NCBI GenBank assembly: GCA_050084985.1 | Contig: JBITNC010000001.1 | Coordinates: 98,208,001 to 98,272,000, forward strand | Length of the DNA: 64,000 nucleotides | Direction of reading: 5' to 3' | DNA from: Nageia nagi | Taxonomy: Eukaryota; Plantae; Pinophyta | In this document: positions 39,401 to 51,105 of the stretch, piece by piece | How positions within the stretch are numbered: position 1 is the first letter of the stretch | How the letters are laid out: every line of letters starts with the position of its first letter | Notes under the pieces: generated by a model | Told to the model about the DNA's origin: nothing | The model's database searches: none | The model's input: the letters and a program-made list of their open reading frames with translations, nothing else | Translations under genes and position numbers: made by a program

Positions 39401-42400
39401 AGGGGAGTGTCTTAAGTCTTGACCTTCATCAATGACTTTAGCAGGATAACATTCGGTTATCTTATAAAGCACAAGGATCAAACCTTTGATAGGTTCAAAG
39501 ATTTCAAAACCTTGGTAGAAAATCATTTTGGATTCAAAATCAAAATGTTAAGATCTGATAATGGGGGTGATTATAATAGCAATGAATTCAATTATTTTTG
39601 TACCAAGTATGGAATCAAGAGGCAGTTTACTATCCCTTACACTCCTCAGCATAATGGTATTGCCTAAAAGAAGAATAGATCCATTCAAGAAATGGCAAGA
39701 TGTATGTTGGGAGATCTTCCTAGCTTCTTATGGAGTGAAGCTATAAATTCTGCAATCTACATCTTGAATAGGTGTCCTACAAAAGTAGTTGAAGGTAAAA
39801 CTCCATATGAGCATGGATAAGAAAGAAACCTAACATCTCTCACTTTAGGGTCTTTGGCTATGATGCTTATGCCTTTGTTGTTCCTAAGAAAAGAAAGAAA
39901 TTTGATAAGAGATCCAAAAAGTGTATCTTTGTGGGCTATGACAATCAGCATAGAGGCTACAAGCTATATCAACCTTCTTCTCGTCCAGTTTTTGTATCAA
40001 GGGATGTAAAATTCAATAAACTACCTGAAGATTCTGTTTCTTATGAGAACCTTGATGAGGGTGATGATTCCTTTGTTGCTCCTAACTGGTTGGATGTCAG
40101 TGTGGATTTGTTACCTAAGGAACAAAACTCTCCAACGCAAAGGATAACAAGGAGTATGACTATGAATAAATCTTTATTTGCCAAAATTGATTGCAAGAAT
40201 GAGCCTCATCCTACAAAGAAACTTCAAAGCATGAGTGCTAGGTGAATGCTATGAATGTGGAGTATGAGGCTCTTATGAAGAATCAAACTTGGGATTTGGT
40301 TCCTTATCCTCATGAAAGCAATGTGATTGGAAATAAATGGATTTATAAAATCAAATATAACTCAGATGGAAAGATTGAGAAATACAAAGGAAGGTTAGTA
40401 GCTACGGGTTTCGCTCAAAAATATGGAGTTGATTATGAGAAAACCTTTGCTCCAATAGCAAAGATGCCTACTATCAAGGTAATCCTTGCTCTTTCAATAG
40501 CTTAGGGATGGAAAGTTTTACAACTTGATGTCAAGAGTGCTTTTCTCAATGGTGACTTAAATGTGGAAATCTACATGAATCAACCAGAAGAGTTTGTTGT
40601 TGAAGGCAAAAAATCTTTTGTGTGCAAGTTAAAGAAGTCTTTGTATGGACTTAAACAAGCACCAAGGGCCTGGTACAAAAATATTTCAGGATACTTAGAG
40701 GGCATTGGTTTTTCTAAATGCTTCTCTGACACAGATCTTTCTGTGCTCAACCAAAGAAAAGATTTGATCTTAATTCTTCTTTATGTGGATGATCTGTTGA
40801 TTACAGGGAATAATTTGGTCCTCATACAAAATTGCATATCCAAACTTAAGGCAACTTTTGATATGACTGATCTTGGTCTATTGCACTACTACCTTGGTAT
40901 GCAAGTGTACCAATACAAGGATTGTACTTACCTCGATCAATCAAAGTATATCTCAAATATCTTGCAAAAGTTTGGAAAGGAGGAGTGCAAGCATGCTGCA
41001 ATCCCAGTCTCCCCTGAAATCATTGTCTCTTAGTTCCAACTCTCAATTGGCAGACACTACGACTTACAGACAACTAATTGGTAGTCTTCTTTATTTGACT
41101 ATCTCTAGGCCAGATATTGCCTTTACTGTGAATTTGATGGCTTGCTTTATGGAAAAGCCATATGTTGTGCACTTCAATGTTGTTAAGCAAATTTTGAGGT
41201 GTGTTGCAGGCACTAAGGATCTTGCTCTCAAGTATGACAAGTTGTCCTTGTTTGTTCTCTCAGGATTCTCAAATTCTGACTTGAGGGAGATAGAGATGAC
41301 AAAAAATCAACCTTTGCTTATGTGTTTAGCATTGGTTCAGGTGCTATCTCTTGGGCTTCCAAGAAGCAACCTACTACTGCTCTCTCCACCACTAAGTTTG
41401 AATATCGTGCAATGTCAGTTGCAACCCAGAAAGCCATTTGGTTGAGGCATCTTCTGAAAGAAATAGGGTATAAACAAGTTCATCCATCTCAAATTTCTTC
41501 AGATAATCAGTCAACTATTGCTTTGGCAAAGAATCCAGTTTTCCATTCGAAAACAAAGCATGTAAAAATCCAAGCCCACTTCATCAGAAAGAAGGTTCTG
41601 GATGGTCTTATACACTTGCAGTATTGTCCATCAATCCTAAACTCTACTGATTTGTTCACCAAGCCCCTTCCTGAAGCTCAATTTTATAAGCTTAAGCAGT
41701 CTATTGGATTGGTGAAGTTGCTCTCAAAAAGGGAGTAAATGTTGAATTCTTGTTGAATCCAGTGTAATTTCTTCCTTCTTAATAAAGTTTTTGAACTTTT
41801 GTTTGGTTTGTATACTTTGTTTATACATTCCTTTGTTTGATAACTATAAATATGGACTTGGCATCTTAGTGATGACTTATAGTGTAACTACAGCTTTGTT
41901 CATCTAACTTTGTTTCTCTTGATTTATTCACTAACCGCTTTAGAAACTTTGTGTGCACACTTTGAAAGTTTCTTATGGTAGTGAAGTTGTCCTCAAGAGG
42001 GAGTGAAGGTTGAATTCATGTCTGTGACGAAAACTTCATCCCTAGGAAGCTATTTTTGTTGTATAATGTTGATCTAAATGTCCACCTTTGTGGTTAGTTC
42101 GCTCTATGTGAGGAACTCATGATACATTTTGTTTTGTTATCACTATATGAGGAATCAGTATGTGTTTGTTAGCACTGTTTGGTTATCCATATGTGAGTAA
42201 CTTATATATGCACATATACTTTTTGTTGTTGATCAACACATGTTTCTATATACAAAAAATGACTATAAGTATTGGCTTGCAATCTTTGTGATGACTTATA
42301 GTGCATCATTGATCAGTTTATGGATGACATTCCTTAGTTCATTTATCTTGTGATTGATATAAATGTTATATGATGCATCTAATTGATCTTGTTTATGAGC

Positions 42401-43178
42401 TGCTTGTAGCTTGCAGGTTTTATCTTGAGAATGCAAGTTACTTTGTGTGGGCAAGCTCATGGAGGTTCATATGTCAACTCAGAGTTGATCGACTACACTT
42501 ACAGTGAAACCAGTTGTGGTTAATGATTGTATTGTAAACCATTTTGTTAAATGGTATTGTAATGAGTCTCAAACTAAGATCTTGCTTATTTCTCAATGAT
42601 GTAAAAGTTCTCATCTCTGCTTATATCTCTTTGGAGGAGAACTCTCTCTTACTCTATCTTCTCTTTTTCTCTCTACACTCTATCCCAATATTACATTAAA
42701 GAGGAGTGTTAGAATTTGTAATGTAATATTATGTAATATTTCTTCTTAATGTAAATTCATTTAATACTTAAAGTATCATTAGATACCTTAAAGTATTAAG
42801 GGAATAAAAATAAGAGAAGGATTAAAAATAGGTATAAGTTTAAAAATAGGTAAAAGATTAAAAATAGAAAAGAAATTAATTATAAAGTGGGTTTCTTCTT
42901 ATAAAAAGAGAACCCTCCCCTTTTCTAGGTACATAATTGTAATGTAAGCTTTGCTATAGGTTTAGAGTGTGAGAGATAGAAGAGATTTTGTAAGAGAGGT
43001 CCTTGAGAATAAGAAGATCTTAGTTAGTGGACGTACTCCCAAGAAGAGAGGAACCACTTTATATCTTGTGTTATTTGTGTGATTAGCTTTAGTTATTGTG
43101 CTATTGTGTTGATGTTGAAAGTGCCTTCTTGACATCTTGGGTGATTAGAAGTTAATTCAAAAAGGGTTAATTTCTTCA
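36431..43178 (+). mobile_element. Two-LTR Ty1/copia retrotransposon with no recognisable gag/protease
   Basis: LTRs begin TGTTAGAATTTGTAATG at 36431 and 42707; 3' LTR ends TTCA at 43178; TSD ACTCT/ACTCC (4/5); PPT AAAGAGGAG. Integrase (LRSDNGG, TPQHNGIA), RT (KKSLYGLKQAPRAW, LYVDDLLI) and RNase H (ISWASKKQ, DNQSTI, DLFTKPL) span 39400-41738. Confidence 0.92.
37370..38800. repeat. Clusters of short tandem repeats in the copia 5' internal region
   Basis: TTAATGTTAATT..TGCAT repeats (37370-37500); ~57-bp GATAAAATTTT..GTCCTAGTGCATA units (37515-37670); ~80-bp AATGAACC..CCATTAGGGGTTGTAACAAAA pair (37792-37940); ~46-bp GGAGTAGTTA..TTCTCCATGGTT units (38665-38800). Confidence 0.8.
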
Positions 43179-45555
43179 ACTCCTAAGGAGGCCGAGGATG
43201 TTGAGCATGCGGTGGAGAAGTTTGTGGCAGCTAAAAGCCCTTTGAATGAACAAGAAGGCCTGGTCGGGGACCCTGAGGAGTTCGAGCAAGAAGGGAAGCT
43301 TAGTCTAGAAGGAGAGGACTCGTTGGAAGATACAGAGTAAGAGGAGAAGCTCCCGATCAAAGGAAAGCATGGTGCATCCGAAGTGGAGAAAGGCCTGCAG
43401 TCCACCTATTGGAGTAATATACTCAAAGTGGTTAGTTCGGCGAAGCATCTGCTGGAAGCAATGGGTAAGATTGTTCGTGATGTGGAGGCTGAGGAACGCA
43501 AGAAGTGATGGTGTTTTGTTATGCTTTAGTAGGTTGGTGGGATCGGTGGTTAATCTCTATTATGTTTTGTTGTTGTCTGTTAGGTGTCGAAAGGTTGTCT
43601 TATGTATGCTCGTTTTCTATGTGTTAGTCTTTAAGGATTTTGATTGTGGTTTTTGTCTAGCTATTGGGTGCTATCTAGCCATTTTGTTCTTTTTGAATTG
43701 TCTCTAGTTCAACCTCGTTCATAAGCTTAATTGCTTACCTTAATGGACATTGTAATGGGTTAGGATTCCCTTAAAAATCCGTCCTCCAATACAAGCGAAA
43801 AAAAGATACTAGAAAAGTTGAGACCTATAATGAACAACTTGTCTTCAAAGAGATTAGACAAAATTAAGCACTTCATTTCTTTTTTTTCTGGAGCTATTTT
43901 TGTCCATCTTGGAAATCTCAAACAAACTCAAAACGAAATTTATGTTTGGCCTCCATTGACTAGATATTGCAATTTTAATACAATTAGGAACCTTCCTAAT
44001 CCACAAGGAACAAGGATGCTTTATTTGGTGATATTAAATCTATTGAATTTAGAAGGATATGCATTATAAGATTTTGACAATTGATATGATAGATAGATAG
44101 TTGTCTTTTAAACCCACTGGTTTGTAAGACCTATCAAAGTTTATCCAGAAGTAAATATATATCATTTTAATTATTTGAATGATCATTTCTCATATAAAGA
44201 AAAACATTGAGCAATGCAAAGATATTCCAAGAAAAACAAGAATACTTCCAAGGACAATTGACCACAATCACTCACACCCACCCAATGAAAATACGGCATA
44301 TGACATGATCTTATGCTATTTTAAGTTTGAAAATGAGTTAATTATATATAATTGATTTGTGTACATTGCATGATCTTGCAAACTACCCTTGCTAACAACA
44401 CTAAATTAAACATGTTCCTTGATGCATCTCTTTCGATGTCTGTTGCTTCCCTGTACACCCACAACCAATAGTCCCTTTTGGTTGACACAATGCTGACCAA
44501 TATGTTGTTCGCCTCTTCAACATCAAGTCGTTCTAATTATGTGTACTTCACAATTAACACTAAATATGTCATTCTTATGCCTTATCCACCACTCCAAATC
44601 AACACATACCTCAAGTTCATGCCCTATGAACCATTGGTGTGATGATGAATATAAAACATTACATTGGAGACTTCATTTTGTTTTAGCTCATAAGCCTGCT
44701 TCAATCCCTTTTGTTTGCAAATAGTATGTTTGTCTCCTTGGACTTTCTATTATGAGACTCAACATATATGTTCTTTGTTTACAGTTTCCATATTGTTATT
44801 TGCTAAATTTTTTTGCTATGTCGACCAAAGGTTCTTGGTTTCATATATTAGGAGAGCAATTACTCAAAAGCATCACTATGTGCAAGCATTCTTAAGAACT
44901 TACAAATTAAGAACAATGGTTCAAGTTACCAGAAATTCTTTACTTCATTTTGTTTGTTCATTCGCAACAATGAAAGTAAGTAGAGGAATTGAGTTTAGAT
45001 TGGAAACGATATCAACATGTGTGCCAATTCCAAATATGCAAAAATTATCAGTTACAGAATCACATAGAGGTGGGCTTAGTTTATTTTTCAAGGATGAATT
45101 ACATCTTGTCAATCCAGAAGCTATCAGTTTAGATTGGAAACGATATTCCTTTGTTAGGAGCATGATTAAGTACACCCCATGATGCATATACATATCCCTT
45201 CTGCTATCTATTTAACTATTCAAGAATGTCTACCAACCATATCTCATATTTCGAAAATGTATTTTTCCTATCTAATAGGTAAATATCTTTACATATATAT
45301 TATATTGTAGAGACCTATGGGTCCAGTGGCTTCAGAGAAAACTCGATCCTATGGTTGATGGGTACAAATTGATACTTGTTTTGGGCTAGTACACTTTTTT
45401 GTTTTTTACGCTGCCTTCTCGTTAACCGCCAACTTTAATATATTTAAAAGAAAAAAAGGAATAGAATTGAAAAATTTAAGCAAAAGTTTAAATTACACAT
45501 GAACATTTGTATGTGAGTCTGTAAGGCTTGGAGATTTGGATTAAAGACTTTTTAG

Positions 45556-46259
45556 CAAGGTTCCACCATGAGTTGGGACTCTGGGAGTGGCAGAGAGATG
45601 GAGCATCGGAAGCGCACTTCAGAATTCCACAGTCACGGAGGTCATTTTTAGGGAGTAGCTCCAATTCGGCAAGCAGAGCGGCTAGTAAAAAATCCCAAGA
45701 CTTGTAGATTTTTTCTAGTTTATTGTTTCCAATTCATTATTACTATCAATTTCAAATATAAATCAAGTATGAATTTAAATTACAAAATATAATGATAATA
45801 TTACTTAAATATAAATCTGAAAGGTAGAAATGAGAAATCAAAATAAGCCATAATGTCATTAAGTGACAAACAAGTCTGAATCAGTGTAGTACATAATGTC
45901 AAAATATGAAAATGAGTTATAATGTTATAGTAGCAAAATGCCAAAGGCCCAATATGGCAAAACCATAACCATCAAATATCAAACTATGCTTTTTATTTTA
46001 AGTTTTAACCCTTTTTTTTTAAATCATGTGCAAATTTTTTTAAAGCCGCCAGAGCGACCGATGCTCCAAAATCATCTCAAACACTCCGAAGCCACTTCGG
46101 GAGTGGCTGACCACTCCGGCGGCGCTCCGAAGCATCACCCCCTGCTCCTAAGCTACACCCGCAAATCCGGAACGTCCGGTGTCGCTCCGGCACTCCAAAT
46201 CTACCGGGGCAGCCGAAATGCCTCCGGGAAATCTCGTTGCACACTCTAGTGGAACCTTG
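45556..46259. mobile_element. Non-autonomous hAT / MITE (704 bp)
   Basis: Perfect 11-bp TIR CAAGGTTCCAC; perfect 8-bp TSD CTTTTTAG at 45548-45555 and 46260-46267; CTCCG-rich subtermini. Confidence 0.92.
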
Positions 46260-48591
46260 CTTTTTAGCAATAAGCAAGCCTCACTTGAATAAAGCCTAAA
46301 AAGTTATAAATGATATAATGAAACCTGCTTCATTTGATTTTCATGTCAGAGATGAGAAAACCACTCACAATCAAAGTCTTCATGCTAGGATATGATAATG
46401 ATGTTAGCAAGAACAGGTGGCTCAATCAAATTGCTGACTGAAACCTTGAAGAAACCTCAAGCTCCGTACAGGCATAAACATCCACCAGCATTTGATGCAC
46501 ATCATTTTCAACAACCAAAATTTCAAGCCAGAATTGTTAGCATCATGAATGAAATAACATGGGCCTGTGCATTCACAACTCTTTATGACATCAACAGAGA
46601 CGCATAGTGTCATATGTGAGTTCAGTCTGGAATTTTACAAGGCCACAAACCGTATCACATTTTAAAGATTCAATTGCCATCAAATTTTGAATCTTTCAAC
46701 AGTTGAAATTTGTTCACCACTTGCCTAGTTCAAAACCCACTAATAATAGATATAGCTGATGCTTGTCAAATTTAATCATTTTCAATGAACCAAATTCTGA
46801 ATTCGAATGGCTCCCGTCACATAGACCCATCACTTAAGTAAATAAAAGATCGTGAGCCGCGTATAATATAAGGGATCATTAGTAATACTATACTAAGGTT
46901 AAGACTTAGTAAAATGGTAATACCACCAAATTAATTGACATCACCCCAACCAATCAAAAATTGGCTGAAGGCTTTAAAATATATGAAGCCATGGCTCCTC
47001 TTAAATCTCAACCCACCATTGATTAAATATTAATCAACAATGAGCTTATGCTTTTGATAGGCTCCGCCCATACTTTAATGGCAACACCTAGGTCAACATA
47101 GCAAAATTTCAGCTTGCCACTTAAACCTTCATCCAATGACTAAAATTCGTCAAATTTAGATGGCTTTTTGTGGGTGAAGTTGTAACGCTAAAACATGAGA
47201 TTTTGGGGTTATAGAAGAGATATTTTCAAGAGCTAAAGCCCTAAAATCGGTTGTGGCACAAGGGGGTTCCTTACCCAATGATGCTCATGAATGTAAAAGT
47301 AAATGCCAAAGCAAGTGGGATTCATAGCCATGGCCAACAAAACTTAACTCCCATGCGGTGTCTTTAAAACACACTTAACATCAAGAGGCACTTCAATTTC
47401 ATGGCTAAGGCCGTCAACCAGAGCATTAAATGACAATAACATCAAAGAAGACACGTGGGGATAATGGTGGACCAGTACTATAGTTTCAATTATGTCAGCA
47501 ATACCAAATGAAAACAACTATACACCAACACCTTATAGACTTTTTAATGTGTACTATATTGCATCAGTAGAAACACTGTTTTTGTTTTATTGTAATAAAA
47601 GAATAATATAGTGTACATTTATTTATCTCTTGCATGCCAAAATGGGTAGCGATGAGCTTCAGAATTCTATTTGAGTTAGGAATTAAGAATGTAAAAAGGT
47701 TTCATTCCCATTGTGTAATTCCTCAAACTCTCATATTGCATTGATGTTTGCATTTATCAGTAATAGAAATCAAGTAAGTTCAACCTGATGGCTTTGCCTC
47801 TTGTGTGGATGTGTTGATTGTGGGTTTTGGTTTTATAACTTTTCCCTTTGCAGAAAATCTGAATGTTTTTTATAGTTGAAAGCATCTTTTTGTCTTAGTT
47901 TTGCAAGTAATTTGTTTCACTCTGTTATCCATGGCTGCATATTTGAGATTAAAATAAGTTTCTACTTCTTGTGCATTATCCCTTATTTATCTTTTTCCTG
48001 CAGCCTTTCATTCTCTACCCTTTTCCTTGTGATTTCAATAAGCCTAGGAATAGATTAGTAATAAAATTGGCTCTGTCATGAGGTGATTTCTGAGACCATG
48101 CACATGTCCCACACCTTTGATATCATGAAAACATTGCTTGGTATTAGTTTTAACTGAATATGCCTATCAACATATGGAAAAATAGAAAAACAAAAACAAA
48201 TCAAGCTTTGCAGTGTCAATAATGTTCTAGAATGAAGAGTGAGCTGTCATTCCAGGCAAATTCTATTCTTTATCTCTTTTAAGAACATCAAGGTATGATT
48301 TAGATAACATGCAAGAGCCAAGATATTATTGGAAATATTGGGTTTTCTGAATCGGTTTAATAGTAAATTCACTATATAGAAAAGGCCCTTAATAAGACAG
48401 GATATAAATTTGTGCATATTGTCTATTGATAAGACACAAATCAATAAGAAATTGCACAGTCAATTCAATCCATTCACCAATGCCAATAGCTCAAAAAGGA
48501 ATGCCCTGCTTCTCTAAATTGAAATCCTAGCCAGTCAGTGTAAAAACCTCAAAATCCTATGCAAATAAACATTAGGAGCAATTGTTTGTAC

Positions 48592-48671
48592 CTATTCACA
48601 ACATCCAGTGATGTAGCCAATTGACCACCAAGGTGACGAAAGCAATGTAGACCAACAAGATCATCAGCCTC
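48592..48671 (-). CDS. VPS54: VPS54 exon 3
   Basis: TTTTAG acceptor, EADDLVGLHCFRHLGGQLATSLDVVN, GTAC donor; 80 nt, ends phase 2. Confidence 0.92.
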
Positions 48672-48940
48672 CTAAAATCACAGAAAAATGTTGCATTGTG
48701 CACAAGTTAAACAAAAGCACTGACAAAAGAGGCCATAAATGCAGCCTGATAAAACAAGTCCTATATTGTCAAACAAGGAAACATGTAACAAGTATAGATA
48801 AAAACAACAATAAAATAAACCTCTCCAGTACATCAAAATATAATTTCGATTAGACATGGAAAATGCACTCGCTGGTTAATTTCAATGAATACTTGAGTAG
48901 CAAAACATGAAATAACGTATAAAACCAAGTCCAAACTTAC

Positions 48941-49003
48941 AAGCATGTGTTGCAAATCATCAATAACATCAAGGGCACCTGCACAATCTGCTGCCGCCAC
49001 AAG
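48941..49003 (-). CDS. VPS54: VPS54 exon 2
   Basis: AAG acceptor, translation LVAAADCAGALDVIDDLQHML, GTAAGT donor; 63 nt, continues exon 1 in frame. Confidence 0.92.
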
Positions 49004-49297
49004 CTTTTGAGATTTTAAACAAAAAAAACCGAATCAAAAATTCAGTATCCTATAAATATATGGAAAAATCCAAGTTTATTTGCGAAAGGTATTTTACACA
49101 TACTATGTTATTTCTTAGGTATGCAGAATTCAAACAAGGGCACATCCAACACTTAGCAGCCTACGTTTAAAACTTGAAACCTAAAATTTCAAGGTAAAAA
49201 ACAACATAGTAACTTATATTAAATCAAGTGAATATGCAAAAATATGACAAGTCATAACAGAAACATTATGCTTTTCAGTGAAAAGCAATACGGGTAC

Positions 49298-49600
49298 CAT
49301 GGTTACACGATGTCTCGAGGAGGAGGACAGTAGGAAATTGGGGGACGCATTTTGGAGACAAAGACCAGTTTTTAGTAAACAGCGAAGGGAACTTAAATAT
49401 CTATTAAAAAAATTTAATATATTTAAATTTAATTTAATTTAATAAAATTAAAAAATCATAAATTTAAAGTTTATATTTTATTTAAACATTAAATAAATAG
49501 ATATATAAATAAAATATATTTATTTAATAAACATAATTTAATGTAATAAATCATTTTTATTTATTAAATATGATTAAATTTAAATTAAATAAAAGTTAAT
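49298..49600. mobile_element. One end of a hAT-like MITE
   Basis: CATGGTTACAC resembles the CAAGGTTACAT TIR family and is followed by GGGGAC subterminal words and an AT-rich body. The other end was not found. Confidence 0.4.
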
Positions 49601-49603
49601 TAT

Positions 49604-51105
49604 GGACGATGAATGGGATTTATCTTTGCATGGATGCGAAACGGCTGGATGTGGCCGAAGAACACAAGCGAATGTGTCAAGTCACCTAGCTTCATGTGCA
49701 AGACCAGCTTTGTAGTCTGGAGTGTACCTAGGAAATCATGTCCCAAGATGACTCACATGAATGAAAGGAATGCACTGGAAGCCGATCCAGATTATGATTC
49801 ATGCCTGCACAAAGATTGAACATCTAAAGGGTGGAGAGCATGGCTCTAGAATTTAAGAACGATGGGGTGGAATGATTCGTCATCAGTAGCTGAGGAAAGG
49901 TTTAGAGAGCATATGCAAAAGGCTTTGATGGTAATGGCGGAAGGCAAGGCAAGAGGTTCTAAAGGGGGCACAAAGAATTACGCCCAAAACCATTGAAGCT
50001 CTTGGTCGGTGATGATGTTCAGGTGTTGAAAAACACCGATTATTGTAGTTTCTTGGAACTGTTTGAAGGCTATGATGTCATTGTTTTTCATCAAATGGTG
50101 AATAGCTGGTTGGAGGGATGTGTGATTGTAGGCTCTTTTATGTTCGAGATTTTACCAGTGGTTTTGGCTAAGATTTCGGGTCTAGCAGGTGTAGATTTGA
50201 AAATTCAAAGGGACAAGCACCCACAGCAAACCGAGTTGGATTTCTTCATGTCGAGCGAGAAGATTAGGTGGGATGGGAAGTATATTATGAGGGAAGGCTT
50301 ACCTCAGCCTTGGCCAAAAGTTGCACATACCATCATGAATTATGTTACCATCTCGCCATTCTGAATCATATGCGTTGGAAGAAGAGGGTCAATGTCCCAT
50401 ATTTCCTATTCAAGGAATTGGAAAAGGCTGTAAAAGACTTCCAAAAAGGAAGGACCAAATTTGCATTGCACCAAGGACTATTCCTGGTTGTAGCCAAACA
50501 TATGGCTAAGAAGCAAGGGTGGATGGGGGACCAATATGATTTTATGCCAATTCTGAAGGAGGAGAAGGATGGTGCTGAGTTTGGAATGCAAGGAGGCAAT
50601 CGTAAGCATAAAGTGATGAAGGAGGCTGATAGTGGGAGGCGTAGCTCGATGCGTAAAGGCAAAGTGCTGATGAAAGAGGAATCGAAGGACTCGGAGGAAG
50701 CCACTCCCCCGACATCCTTGATTGCTGGTCAAAGTTCTTTGAAGAAGGTTCGTGTGAGTAGGGGTGTTTTGTTGAAAAAGATAGGGGCACTACGTGGAGC
50801 TATGTTGGCAGGTCTGAATAGATCATAGCCCAGATAGATAAGCTCCAGCAATTTGTGTGTGATGAGTTGGAAGTTTAATTTCTTCGTATGTTGCTTATGT
50901 TTATTTTGGCCGATAAGCGTATAGGTTAATTTACACCTTTGGAAGGCCTTATGTAGATAGGATGCCAACAGGCATAGTAGTTATAGTAATATGTTACAAG
51001 AAGGCTTTTTGTGCCAATTTAGATCTGTATTGCAGAATTCAAAGCGTGATTGTAATCAGGGTTATTGGTTCCCTCCAAAAACCACCTCTAATATTATCAA
51101 AAAAA
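49604..51105 (+). mobile_element. Second, shorter 5'-truncated retroposon carrying the extra 3' ORF (copy B)
   Basis: Broken ORF 49934-50828, homologous to copy A; T-rich trailer; tail motif and A-run at 51052-51105 like copy A. Weak AT-rich TSD AAAAGTTAATTAT / AAAAATTAAATAT. Confidence 0.7.

Larger units (their letters stand above)
34367..43805 (+). mobile_element. 5'-truncated LINE (RNase H + extra 3' ORF + A-tail) interrupted by a copia
   Basis: TSD ATACTAGAAAAATTGA (34351-34366) vs ATACTAGAAAAGTTGA (43806-43821), 15/16. A-run at ~43798-43804. Contains the RNase H ORF and an extra ORF on the same strand. Confidence 0.85.

Noticed and set aside
44390-45190. 155-aa plus-strand ORF, or a possible minus-strand L1 endonuclease remnant
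   Set aside because: No convincing catalytic motifs; likely decayed TE, but unassignable.
46800-47800. LTR-like segment
   Set aside because: No TG...CA boundaries with a TSD could be identified.
49004-49030. Unusual AAG acceptor of intron 1 as a possible U12 intron
   Set aside because: The donor is GTATGT, not GTATCCTT, and no U12 branch point is seen; it is an ordinary U2 intron with a rarer acceptor.
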